IMG/VR virus record: IMGVR_UViG_3300005842_000010
Coordinates: 9,974-73,973 of that record
DNA length: 64,000 nt
Source of the DNA: a virus
Strand: one strand, 5' to 3'
The position numbers and the translations under genes were made by a program. Positions 17,952 through 27,157 of this stretch are shown here, piece by piece (the stretch's first letter is position 1; the number at the start of each line of letters is the position of its first letter). Under the pieces are notes generated by a model that ran no database searches, was not told where the DNA came from, and worked only from the letters and a program-made list of their open reading frames with translations.

Positions 17952-18677
17952 TTAGAAAGGCTTGAAACAGGCAGTCGGAGTGCCGATAGTAAACGTAATC
18001 GTGGCATATTCCCCGTTCTGCAAAAGCACCGTGTTCTGTCCGATGGTGGAAAAAATAGTTCCTCCGTTTATGCCGACTGTGCCCGTCACAGAAATTCCAT
18101 CAACATACACGACGCAATTAACCCCAAGCGTATTTGTCCAGTTTACCGGGCTTGCTCCGATAGTTATTGAAGTGCAGGCGACAAGATTGGAACGATAAGA
18201 AGCAAGGCCGTTAGTGGACGTGACAGCACCTTTGAAAATAGCGTTCGTGCTGAAAAGCCAAGTTCCAGTGGTTGATCTTGAGTAGTAAGTTTCCATTGCA
18301 CTGGCGACAGACGGATCGTTATTATTCCCATAACCAACCGTTGTCGATTGAGCCAGATACATCAATGCCTGAGCTAGAGAAAGCACGTAAGATGACCCTA
18401 CTTGGAATGTTGGCCTGCTTCCAGTGTAAAGAATCCCATCTGTGGCGGATGCGGTAAATCCATAGCTGGGTGAGTTAAAAGCTCCGCTTCCTAGCTTGAT
18501 TGTGGTGTTTGTGAATATTGGGGTATATCCGTTTGTCACCACCCCCACTGGAAGGTTGGCCAGTCCGATGGAGCCTACGGTATCAGTCCCGCCAATCACT
18601 TGCCTGATTCCGTCTGCGGCATAGACGCCGAGAACGATGAGGCAACCAAGGGCGAGGATTAGAAGGGATTTGATCAT
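17952..18677 (-). CDS. Putative fibre/decoration protein with signal-peptide-like leader
   Basis: Leader MIKSLLILALGCLIVLGVYA, then ADGIRQVIGGTDTV and a T/G/N-rich beta body. Confidence 0.6.
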   Translation of the reverse strand: MIKSLLILALGCLIVLGVYAADGIRQVIGGTDTVGSIGLANLPVGVVTNGYTPIFTNTTIKLGSGAFNSPSYGFTASATDGILYTGSRPTFQVGSSYVLSLAQALMYLAQSTTVGYGNNNDPSVASAMETYYSRSTTGTWLFSTNAIFKGAVTSTNGLASYRSNLVACTSITIGASPVNWTNTLGVNCVVYVDGISVTGTVGINGGTIFSTIGQNTVLLQNGEYATITFTIGTPTACFKPF

Positions 18678-19099
18678 GGGAAAACCAGTATTTCAACGGG
18701 TGCGTTAATCAAAAGGTCATTCCCAAGGCCATCTCCATCAAAACTAATTTGCACAGTAAGAACATCTGAGCTAGTGCGCTGAATTGTTGCCTTGGCGAAG
18801 TTGTTTGCCGGACCACTATATTGAATCGTGGCCCATGTTTTGTTGGTCGTAAAAGCTCCCGTTAATGTAGCTGTATAATTTCCAGGGGCGCCGTACCCCC
18901 AAACAATAGCTCCAATTCCGTTAGCCATAACTGTCGCTACTGGAGCCGCTGTTCCGGTTTGTGTTAGGGTTGCGCGATAAGATTTTACAACCGTATCGGT
19001 CCCGCCCACGACTTGGCGCACGCCATCAACTGCGTTCAACCCCAATCCAATTAGCGAACTGACACAGACTATTGCGATTAAGGTGATGAAGTTTTTCAT
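18674..19099 (-). CDS. Putative fibre/decoration protein with signal-peptide-like leader
   Basis: Leader MKNFITLIAIVCVSSLIGLGLNA, then VDGVRQVVGGTDTV, a motif shared with the downstream gene. Confidence 0.6.
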   Translation of the reverse strand: MKNFITLIAIVCVSSLIGLGLNAVDGVRQVVGGTDTVVKSYRATLTQTGTAAPVATVMANGIGAIVWGYGAPGNYTATLTGAFTTNKTWATIQYSGPANNFAKATIQRTSSDVLTVQISFDGDGLGNDLLINAPVEILVFP

Positions 19100-19209
19100 A
19101 ATGGCATTGTAACGTGACCCCATTCCTGATAAAGAATAGACGGCGAACGGACGGTTCTGGCCGTCTCGATCGCCTGAACACGGTCAACCTTGAAAAGAAA
19201 GGTCGAACA

Positions 19210-19737
19210 ATGTCTGAACAGATAATCGCAGAAGTGGAGGAATGGCGTCCAGTAAAAGGTTTTGAGGGATATTTCGTTAGCAACCTCGGAAGGATTAAAA
19301 GCTCTCCAAGAAGAACTCACAGGAAAGAAATTATACTCAAGGCATCTGGTAAAAGATATTTGCACGTCAGCCTGTACCGGAATGGTGTCGCCATTAATTG
19401 TGATGTCTACTTGGTTGTTCTTAAAGCATTTCTTGAAAAGGACGACCCAGAAAGAGATTGGGGGAACCACAAGGATGGAAACAAAAAGAATAACAGATTG
19501 GAAAATCTTGAATGGAGCACTCCATCTGAAAATACCAACCATGCTCATCATGTGCTTGGCTATAAGCGGTGCGGAGAGCAATGCGCTTATTCGACATTTA
19601 CAACGGCGCAAATAATTGAAATGAGGAAGGATTTCCGGGCTGGAGTAAGCACTGGAGAAATAGCCAAGAGGCTTGGAAGGAACAGGACTACTATATACGC
19701 TATTTGCTATAGAAAGAATTGGAAACATATTCATTAA
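19210..19737 (+). CDS. NUMOD4-HNH homing endonuclease
   Basis: EEWRPVKGFEGYFVSNLGRIKS (NUMOD4) plus NHKDGNKKNNRLENLEW (HNH) and a C-terminal HTH. It lies antisense to the structural operon. Confidence 0.9.
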   Translation: MSEQIIAEVEEWRPVKGFEGYFVSNLGRIKSSPRRTHRKEIILKASGKRYLHVSLYRNGVAINCDVYLVVLKAFLEKDDPERDWGNHKDGNKKNNRLENLEWSTPSENTNHAHHVLGYKRCGEQCAYSTFTTAQIIEMRKDFRAGVSTGEIAKRLGRNRTTIYAICYRKNWKHIH

Positions 19738-22700
19738 GGCCATGTAACCACGCAGACGCTATCGGAATCTAATTCCAACCGCAGCCCAATAAGCCGAGAT
19801 GTTGTAGCTTGTATTGCTGAGGTGACAGAAGTTAGTTGAACCGAAACTGTCGTGCTGCTTACTGAGGTACTCCATGAGTTCACCACCGTTGCTGTAGTTC
19901 CCGGAATAGTAGAAATTAGTGATGCCTGAGAATTTGTCGCGGTCACTGTCCCGGACAGGTTTTTTGCGCTGATGGATATATCTTCTCGGCACGAGGTCAG
20001 ATCGCTCCCGCTCTTAATTTCAGTTGTTGCTGATAGTTTTGCTCCAAAACAAGTAAGTGAAGTTGGCAACGTTATTGATACAACCGTCGTCGCAGAATTT
20101 GTAGTGAAAGTTTTAACCCCGCCTTGAACAATCTGTCGATTCACCACATTCCCAGTTCCATTGTCAGTTGAGAGAGCGATCTGATTCGTTGCGACCTGTA
20201 AGCTCGGCTGAACATTCCAGCCTACATTAAATGAGTTGGCTGTGTTGTTTGTGAATAATTTTCCATAGGCAAAACTGAAACCACCAGCCGCTTCATTTCT
20301 GATACTTTCTCCGAAAGTAACCGCACACTGTCCTGTTGCGGTTAGCCAGCCGAAAACATTGGAAGAAACGCCGTGAACAAATGCCCCGTTTCCATGTGCC
20401 CAAATGGTGCCTATTCCGTTAGCATAGCCCGAAGCCGATCCACCTTTCTGAACATTTTGACCGGCAACAAGGTCACCAACTTTAATAACAGAATTGCTTT
20501 CTGCCTGTCCCCACGCTGTCGTTCCGTTTCCATAGGTGATAATCATACCATTGGTGCCGCCTATGTATCCCCTAGCCATAGACCCAGGCCCGTATGACTC
20601 AATAAGCCCACCATTCTCTGCATCTCCGTACGCCATGGTTCCAATATCGTGCGCAATGATTACACCGCCATTAGCCACACCAAATGCCAAGGTTCCACTT
20701 GCGTTAGCGGTTATATTGGCAGATCCGTTCAAAACCGCCTGACCAAATCCGAACGAACCAAATCCAGATGATAGAATACTGCCGCCATTAGAGGCACGGC
20801 CTGCCGCTATCGCCCCTTGGAGTGATGAGGTAATGGTCCCGCCAGTTATGGCGTCACCAAAAGCAAATGTTCCAGGTTGAGATGCCAGAATTGTGCTGCC
20901 TGAGGCATTGGCATGGCCCCACGCCATCGCGCCTAACTCTGATGTTTTTATGGTTCCTGCCGCCTGAGCCTGCCCTCCAGCCAGCGATCCTTCACCGTCA
21001 GCGTAAATCAAACTGCTCGCACCAGATGCAGATCCGAGTGCGAAAGAACCGACAGCATCCGCTAACATTATCGCGGTGGCATTAGTCTGACCCGCAACAA
21101 AGGTTCCAACTGCGCCAGCCGAGAATTTAGCCACCTCTTTTGTTGCTGGGTTGCTGTACATGATACCGCCCTCTGGAACATTTGTTACCCAGAAATTATT
21201 GGCAGTGGAAGAAACGCTACTCACATAGTTGCTTAACCCACCACCATTGGCCGGGCTAAATCTAATCACAGTACTGCTCGCGGCAGGCACCGACACCGTG
21301 AACGAATTGGTGTATGAGCCAAGCAGCGCATTGGTCCAAACTTCAGTCACCACCGCTGGATAATTACTGGCGAAATTAAGTTGGCCCCAGTTGACCGTGA
21401 GATTTGTTGCCGCGCTCGGATCTTCATTACTGAAGAACACCGCAACATCACCGCCAATCAATGGTCGATAACAAATCTGGTTTGTCGGGCCAAAGTTGAT
21501 AACTTTGAACCCGCTGTTGGCCCCGCGCAACTGATCCTGCCAAACTGAGATTTGACCAGCGTTCGTGACGGTTAGTCGAAATGAGGTGTTGGTGAGCACC
21601 CCGCCGCTCGCGCTACGTATCCATTCATCACCACCAGTGATGGCCATGACACTCAGCAGATCCTTGCAGTCAGCATAGTTCCATGAACCGTCATATAGAA
21701 GATTATCGGTTTGAGGTATCCAATGAATTGTGCCCGCTTCCCAATTAGTGAGAGAATGGATGGATGATCGAAGTGCTCCGATGGCCAGTCTCAAGACTCC
21801 TGAACTTCCTGGTTCGTTTACGACCACCCCAGACTCCAGGGCCACACCGTTTGCCTCTCTCTGAAATGACACTGGGAATGGAGGGTAAAACCAAAGATAA
21901 TTCAGGATCAGTCCATGGGTCCGGTTTGTGTAGTAGTGAAACCAATCCGAACTCGCCGATACTCCGGGATACGCTAGTGACCCAGGCCATGTCGCAGATC
22001 CTCCATATCCGCGCATTAGCTGTTGGGCAGAACCAGGTGTGCCGGCAAAGGCCGTTGTCGTGTCCTGAAATGTAACCCCACCAACACCCCACTGGTAAAA
22101 CGTGGTGATGTCCAAATGCTTCGAGCTTGGCGTAACCATAGGCTGCATCAGACCACCTCCAGGGATTCCGTTCGGGCCATTGGGATACATCCAAAATGTT
22201 GCGCCGGTGAACGCATCCACATCAAACTCAGTGTTGTTCGTCTGAACCGGGCGAGTGTCTCCGTAGAGCGTTAACCAACCCTCGAAATAATTTGTGCCAA
22301 GATAGTAGAATAAATTGGTTCGGCTCACCGTCTGCATCGGCCATGAATTGGTATTCCAGGCGAGCACACCGTTGGCATCACGGTGGTTGGTTAGGAAGTA
22401 ATTCTCGATACCGAATGCCCGGATGAAATCGTAGTTTGTCAATGTGCCGTAGCCATACGCAAAGAAGTTGCTGATGGCCACCCGCATAGTGGCCTCGCTG
22501 GTCACACCGTTCACCCCGGACGCTATAATGAAAGCCGGGTTTCGCTGGTTCGAGTTAATGTCATTCCCGGGAAGGTCTTTCATGCCCGAGGCAGATCCAC
22601 CGTTCAAATCGTTATACCACGAAAAGCTATAACCATCCTCCGTCTTGCTCATGTTACTGTACGTGCGGCCTATCGGCTCGCGTCCTGCGTCATAGTTATT

Positions 22701-23213
22701 CCATCCGAGCGTGAGCAAGTAGCCTTCATGATTATGAAAAAATAGACCCATGGTGGACGGCCAACTATACCGCGCCCCAATCCCAGCAAATGCTGATACG
22801 TCCGGGTATGGAGAGGAAAGACCTTCACCGAATCCGAGCTTATCTCCACCGCCTTGATCGATTAACAGTTTTGAGTTGATGAGAACCTCGCCGGGATACT
22901 TGTTGCTGATCGATGAGGCGGCCGCCTGATTCGTTTTCCAAAAATCATTTGTTGAGCTGACTTGGAAAATTATGTTACTGAGCCCGGTCCCATTCGTGTT
23001 GATAGAGAGAGAAAGGCCATTGCTCAAAAAAGAGTTCGTGTCGAACTGGCTGAATGCTGGGAATTTATTTGTTTTAACGCCAACAAAAAATGGCGACGGG
23101 AAATTCGTACTGAAGTCAGTTGTTAAAAGCGACCTGTAATCAACAAACCCAGCTCCGAGGCATCCAGTGGCCGAAAGGAGTGAAATAATAATCAGTTTTA
23201 GCTTGTTGCTCAT
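19734..23213 (-). CDS. Large fibre/receptor-binding protein: signal peptide, degenerate GH27 (melibiase)-like domain, YadA-head-like repeats
   Basis: GH27-like segments RDANGVLAWNTNSWP, HLDITTFYQWGVGGVTFQD and TNAGQISVWQD...RPLIGGDVAVFFSN...VPAASSTVIRF, followed by small-residue repeats of the GxxAxAxG type. Confidence 0.7.
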   Translation of the reverse strand: MSNKLKLIIISLLSATGCLGAGFVDYRSLLTTDFSTNFPSPFFVGVKTNKFPAFSQFDTNSFLSNGLSLSINTNGTGLSNIIFQVSSTNDFWKTNQAAASSISNKYPGEVLINSKLLIDQGGGDKLGFGEGLSSPYPDVSAFAGIGARYSWPSTMGLFFHNHEGYLLTLGWNNYDAGREPIGRTYSNMSKTEDGYSFSWYNDLNGGSASGMKDLPGNDINSNQRNPAFIIASGVNGVTSEATMRVAISNFFAYGYGTLTNYDFIRAFGIENYFLTNHRDANGVLAWNTNSWPMQTVSRTNLFYYLGTNYFEGWLTLYGDTRPVQTNNTEFDVDAFTGATFWMYPNGPNGIPGGGLMQPMVTPSSKHLDITTFYQWGVGGVTFQDTTTAFAGTPGSAQQLMRGYGGSATWPGSLAYPGVSASSDWFHYYTNRTHGLILNYLWFYPPFPVSFQREANGVALESGVVVNEPGSSGVLRLAIGALRSSIHSLTNWEAGTIHWIPQTDNLLYDGSWNYADCKDLLSVMAITGGDEWIRSASGGVLTNTSFRLTVTNAGQISVWQDQLRGANSGFKVINFGPTNQICYRPLIGGDVAVFFSNEDPSAATNLTVNWGQLNFASNYPAVVTEVWTNALLGSYTNSFTVSVPAASSTVIRFSPANGGGLSNYVSSVSSTANNFWVTNVPEGGIMYSNPATKEVAKFSAGAVGTFVAGQTNATAIMLADAVGSFALGSASGASSLIYADGEGSLAGGQAQAAGTIKTSELGAMAWGHANASGSTILASQPGTFAFGDAITGGTITSSLQGAIAAGRASNGGSILSSGFGSFGFGQAVLNGSANITANASGTLAFGVANGGVIIAHDIGTMAYGDAENGGLIESYGPGSMARGYIGGTNGMIITYGNGTTAWGQAESNSVIKVGDLVAGQNVQKGGSASGYANGIGTIWAHGNGAFVHGVSSNVFGWLTATGQCAVTFGESIRNEAAGGFSFAYGKLFTNNTANSFNVGWNVQPSLQVATNQIALSTDNGTGNVVNRQIVQGGVKTFTTNSATTVVSITLPTSLTCFGAKLSATTEIKSGSDLTSCREDISISAKNLSGTVTATNSQASLISTIPGTTATVVNSWSTSVSSTTVSVQLTSVTSAIQATTSRLIGLRLELDSDSVCVVTWP

Positions 23214-23296
23214 ACGGTTTATTGGATAGATAAGAAGGCTCCCGCGTCACCTGCGAAGCGACGGGGAGCAAAGACACAATCAAACATTACTTGATT

Positions 23297-23803
23297 ATGG
23301 CAAGACCACACATTGCACAAGACCCCACGCTTCCTCAAGGATTTTCCATCACGTTTAGAGAACGATTTTGGTCCAAGGTGACCATAGGTGATGGGTGTTG
23401 GATTTGGACTGGAAGGCCGATGACGAACGGGTACGGATCCATCGAAATCGGTGGAAGAGGATACCGAAAGGAAACGTCGCACAGAGCCTCTTGGATCTTG
23501 CATCATGGCCAAATCCCCGACGGGCTTTGGGTTCTTCACAATTGTGATGTTCGGCTTTGTGTAAGACCAGATCACCTTTTTCTCGGAACTCAAACCGATA
23601 ATAATAAGGATGCCGCGAACAAGGGGCGAGTAGCTCAAGGTGTAGGCCATTACGCGCACAAACTTACAGAAGATGACGTGAAGGACGTACGAAATCGGCA
23701 TATTCCTTACGTTGTAACATGCCGCATGCTTGCTGCCGAAAAAGGCGTAACGCCAGCCGCTATAAGCGCCATAATAATTCGAAGAAATTGGAAGCGATGT
23801 TAG
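23297..23803 (+). CDS. HNH homing endonuclease
   Basis: RFWSKV..GCWIWTG..GYG..SHRASW..VLHNCDVRLCVRPDHLFLGTQTDN. It lies antisense to the structural operon. Confidence 0.92.
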   Translation: MARPHIAQDPTLPQGFSITFRERFWSKVTIGDGCWIWTGRPMTNGYGSIEIGGRGYRKETSHRASWILHHGQIPDGLWVLHNCDVRLCVRPDHLFLGTQTDNNKDAANKGRVAQGVGHYAHKLTEDDVKDVRNRHIPYVVTCRMLAAEKGVTPAAISAIIIRRNWKRC

Positions 23804-24147
23804 GTCCATACACCTTCACTCCAGATCCAAGTTTCGAATGGTGCATCAAGATCCATCGCGATCGCCACGCTGGCAGTCGGAGTAAATGGCGGTGCGCCCT
23901 GTGCGTAATGTCCGGAAAAGACCTGCGTGCTACCTCCGCCACCAAAAACTGTCCACGTTCCGTTTTGGAACTGGTAGCCTATTTCAGTGAGTGAATCGAT
24001 GTAAACATCTCCCTCGCCCGCATCCGTGCTTGTCGGCACACCTTCACCAAAAGTCACACAGCCGCAACGCGGCACGACGTATTTCGGACCTTGCGCAGGT
24101 GGCACATACGGATCTGCCACAATCCCCCAAGTACCAAGCTCGTTCAT
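23800..24147 (-). CDS. Small putative virion protein with GDVYID fibre module
   Basis: Contains GEGVPTSTDAGEGDVYIDSLTEIGYQFQNGTW. Confidence 0.6.
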   Translation of the reverse strand: MNELGTWGIVADPYVPPAQGPKYVVPRCGCVTFGEGVPTSTDAGEGDVYIDSLTEIGYQFQNGTWTVFGGGGSTQVFSGHYAQGAPPFTPTASVAIAMDLDAPFETWIWSEGVWT

Positions 24148-24238
24148 AGTGAGCGCACTTTGCGCCCATCAGTCGGCATTGCAAGCTTTTTCCTACCGGC
24201 GGGAGGATGGGAATTTTGGAAACACTGCCGGTGGTGTA

Positions 24239-25024
24239 CTACACCCAGGAAAGATGCACACCGTCAACCTGGCTCGATGCTGTCAGCACGTACGGCTTTT
24301 TGACTGTCACTACGTTCCAATCGACTTCCCATTTTTTGCTATCCAAATTCGAATGAAACAGAATGATCAACCGATAATTGAAGATATGATCTGGGGCGTC
24401 AGTGTCAGTGTATGTGGCCAATAACGACGGGGCGACTAAAGGATAATGCGTTGGATAAAGACCTAGCCCTTGCAGAACAACAGGAGCCGGTGTTTGATTT
24501 AGGAGCGTCGTCCAGGCTGCATCTGGTGCCATAGTGGAATATGCCACCTCGGACGGAAAACCATCAGCAGGCCCATCACCGGTTGCGGACTGCGGCGTAG
24601 CCCTTGTTGTGGTCGATCTTTGAAGGATGACTTGATCAATTATTATATGACTTGGAGGACTTCCCGTGGGCTCTCCGTACCCTGGCATCAGATTCAACTG
24701 CGGCCACGTCCAGGTGAGAACAGTTGGGCCATAATCTGGAGGACCGGGGTTTGTGGCGCTCAATAAGTAGCCACGCGAACTCAGAATCCCGCCGAAAAAT
24801 ATAGGATCTTGCTCCGCGATATCCACATCATCACCACTGCTGGGAATAAACAACCGCTGAAACCCTTGCCTTTTGAACGCCCATCCCGCAGCACTTTTAG
24901 CGTAAAGTTTTCCTGTCGTTGGATCGGTCGCCAAATCTCCATCACGCCCAACTCTGAGATCCGGAATGCCGCGCGTGCCGAAAACGCTTCGAATGCCGCC
25001 AGCAGGGGATGGAGGAAAATTCAT
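24239..25024 (-). CDS. Putative virion protein with N-terminal DGD module and C-terminal GVHLSW motif
   Basis: N-terminal VGRDGDLATDPTTGKLYAKSAAGW and C-terminal LTASSQVDGVHLSWV. Confidence 0.65.
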   Translation of the reverse strand: MNFPPSPAGGIRSVFGTRGIPDLRVGRDGDLATDPTTGKLYAKSAAGWAFKRQGFQRLFIPSSGDDVDIAEQDPIFFGGILSSRGYLLSATNPGPPDYGPTVLTWTWPQLNLMPGYGEPTGSPPSHIIIDQVILQRSTTTRATPQSATGDGPADGFPSEVAYSTMAPDAAWTTLLNQTPAPVVLQGLGLYPTHYPLVAPSLLATYTDTDAPDHIFNYRLIILFHSNLDSKKWEVDWNVVTVKKPYVLTASSQVDGVHLSWV

Positions 25025-25200
25025 ACTTCAGTGCCAGTGCCCAGGAACAACCAGCCATCCACAGATTTGATGTAGAGCGAGCCCTCGTCTGGGTCCACGG
25101 CCAGATCACCATCAGCGCCAACATTCTGCGGGGGTTGACCAACGGTGCCAAGAACGGCGTTAACTCCGTATCTTGGATCAGGAGGATAATTGACGTTCAT
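25021..25200 (-). CDS. 59-aa single-module paralog of the downstream gene's N-terminus
   Basis: Manual translation MNVNYPPDPRYGVNAVLGTVGQPPQNVGADGDLAVDPDEGSLYIKSVDGWLFLGTGTEV. Its TGA overlaps the next ATG. Confidence 0.7.
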   Translation of the reverse strand: MNVNYPPDPRYGVNAVLGTVGQPPQNVGADGDLAVDPDEGSLYIKSVDGWLFLGTGTEV

Positions 25201-25208
25201 TTTCGCAA

Positions 25209-25742
25209 CTATGCTCCGTTCGTCTTACTTGGCAACTCTTTTTTTGCTTCGTGGACGTGCACTTGTTGGGCAGCTATCACTGTCCCGGTGCCAAATCCCT
25301 GATTCAGTGGCCGATCAACCTCATCGGGTCGGCCAGTCGGAGCGGCCGCCTTTTCCAGCTCGAGCGCCAGATGTTGCGTGTTTGTCATCGTTTGGGTAAG
25401 CCCACTAATTTCGTGAGCCAGCCCGCGGATCATCGAAACCCGAGCCTTGGCGCCCCTGGCCTGCTCTTTTGCCAGCCGATCGATCAGAATTCGAATCGTG
25501 TCCTCGAGGCGCTCTTGTGAAATCAACACCCGGCCGCGCTGTGTCCGGAGGATGCCGAGCCCGCGAGCGTAAATCCCGAGCTGCGCAAGACTCCTCACCT
25601 GATCCTGGCGCAAGTTTGAAACACCTGTCAGATTGCGCAGGATTCCGACTGCAGCCTCGTCGTCTAAAATGCGCTCATCTATCCCGACGTCCATTATCGG
25701 CATCGGCTCGTCCATTTTTTGAAGCTTATTGTCCATCGCCAT
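25209..25742 (-). CDS. Hypothetical helical protein (weak small-terminase candidate)
   Basis: Helical body with a terminal beta-strand-like VIAAQQVHVHE. No firm motif. Confidence 0.4.
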   Translation of the reverse strand: MAMDNKLQKMDEPMPIMDVGIDERILDDEAAVGILRNLTGVSNLRQDQVRSLAQLGIYARGLGILRTQRGRVLISQERLEDTIRILIDRLAKEQARGAKARVSMIRGLAHEISGLTQTMTNTQHLALELEKAAAPTGRPDEVDRPLNQGFGTGTVIAAQQVHVHEAKKELPSKTNGA

Positions 25743-26097
25743 TTATTTCTTTTGACCATCCGCCCAAGTCGCGCTCACGAAGCCAGCAGGTCGCGTATTT
25801 GTCTCGAGCGAGTTCGTCCATTTGGCAAAAACAGCCGGCCTCTGGCATTTCGCGATCAAGCGGACTTCCGCATGTCCTCAAGCCCCATCGTCGGAAAAAG
25901 ATAGGACAGTCCTCGCAGGTTAGCAATCGCCGCTGGTAAACCGAATCGCTCACTTCCTCGCTGGGTGGAAAAAACCACGTATGGATTGCCCAGGACCCTT
26001 TGCGCCACGTCTTGAGAGAAAATACATTGCTGCCCAGCGCGCCAACCACAATCGCCGCAGCATGCCTAAGTTTGTGCTGGAATGAACGCTTCACCAT
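25726..26097 (-). CDS. Cys-rich hypothetical protein
   Basis: CEDC...CGS...GCFC...C pattern; overlaps its operon neighbours. Confidence 0.55.
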   Translation of the reverse strand: MVKRSFQHKLRHAAAIVVGALGSNVFSLKTWRKGSWAIHTWFFPPSEEVSDSVYQRRLLTCEDCPIFFRRWGLRTCGSPLDREMPEAGCFCQMDELARDKYATCWLRERDLGGWSKEINGDGQ

Positions 26098-27097
26098 TTG
26101 GACTCGTTCCTGCTTGGTTAAATTTTCCGGTTACTGGATCTCTAAGAATGAACCGCCTGGCCTTTTGCAACGCTTCCGGCCATCGCCTACGTCGCTTCAT
26201 CGCCCGCATTTTGTAGGCCTTCACAATCTGTATTCTGCCAAGCGCTTGCTTCTTCTCGAGCTGCTTTTGCCGTTCCGCCTGGGGTATCTTTGGCTGAGGC
26301 GGTACCAGTTTCGACCTTACAAATCTCCCTTTTACCTTCTCGGGAGGCATCCGAAGTTTTGAATAGATCATGTAATCCCGATGAAGTCGTCTTGACGCTT
26401 CCCTTACTCGCTTTATCCAGGCGCGGTACCGTAGCGCATAGCCATGGTCGCCGAGCATCTCTATCCGATCAGCCTCGGCACGCCGCGCAATACGTGTCCA
26501 AGTCGGGCAAATCTCCAACTCGATCCCGCGCATGCACGCCGTTCCGTCCCATGCCAGGAGTTTGAAAGCGCTGTACTTGTGCAGCAATTTCATCTCCCTG
26601 GATACTTCGTGCCAATTACGCCGGAACGGGCTCGGGTGCAGCTTGAAGAAATACAAATCGATCGGCGTCTCTTTGTTGATGAGGTGCCAAAGGAAAGCGT
26701 TGCAGAACTGATTCAGCCAGTATTCGAGCTCTGCCTCACTCCGCCCCACCCCGTTGAGATACATCAGGCTCAGAAACTCATTTCTCTCGGCTCGGCTCTT
26801 TCGCTTAATCCCTATTTTGATCCGGCGCCGGCGCTCCCACACGAATTGATCCTCAGGCTCTGCTGTGATGTCTTTCACGCGCTGGCCGATGCGTCGGAGT
26901 TGGCCGAAGGAAATCTTCAGCCCGTCGTTTGCAATCTTTGGAAGTGTCCCCAGACGGCTACTGAGCGCCGCCTGTTGAAACGGTGTCAGCGCCATCGCAC
27001 GCCAGATATGCGCGATTGCTCCGTGCTTCTCTACCCAGAACGGGATCGCCCAGGTCACCGGAGAGGTTCCGGTCACTGTCCACAATTCCTTTTCCAT
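26066..27097 (-). CDS. Basic hypothetical protein
   Basis: 343-aa R/K-rich ORF, the first gene on this strand next to the divergent promoter region. Confidence 0.6.
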   Translation of the reverse strand: MEKELWTVTGTSPVTWAIPFWVEKHGAIAHIWRAMALTPFQQAALSSRLGTLPKIANDGLKISFGQLRRIGQRVKDITAEPEDQFVWERRRRIKIGIKRKSRAERNEFLSLMYLNGVGRSEAELEYWLNQFCNAFLWHLINKETPIDLYFFKLHPSPFRRNWHEVSREMKLLHKYSAFKLLAWDGTACMRGIELEICPTWTRIARRAEADRIEMLGDHGYALRYRAWIKRVREASRRLHRDYMIYSKLRMPPEKVKGRFVRSKLVPPQPKIPQAERQKQLEKKQALGRIQIVKAYKMRAMKRRRRWPEALQKARRFILRDPVTGKFNQAGTSPNGEAFIPAQT

Positions 27098-27126
27098 CTA
27101 TTTTGAGATTATCACGCGAAAAATCT

Positions 27127-27154
27127 TTGACAACCTCGGGCTTTGTAGCACAAT
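27127..27154 (+). promoter_or_regulatory. Sigma70-like promoter of the recombination operon
   Basis: TTGACA (27127-27132), 16 nt, CACAAT (27149-27154). Confidence 0.6.
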
Positions 27155-27157
27155 GCA

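Noticed and set aside
19096-19743. Minus-strand 215-aa ORF, and likewise 23219-23809
   Set aside because: They are antisense shadows of clear HNH genes.
13801-24241. Genome-wide TAG recoding, because both GVHLSW proteins end in TAG
   Set aside because: Long genes are intact in the standard code. Readthrough at 13801 meets TAA two codons later, and readthrough at 24239 gives non-protein-like sequence.
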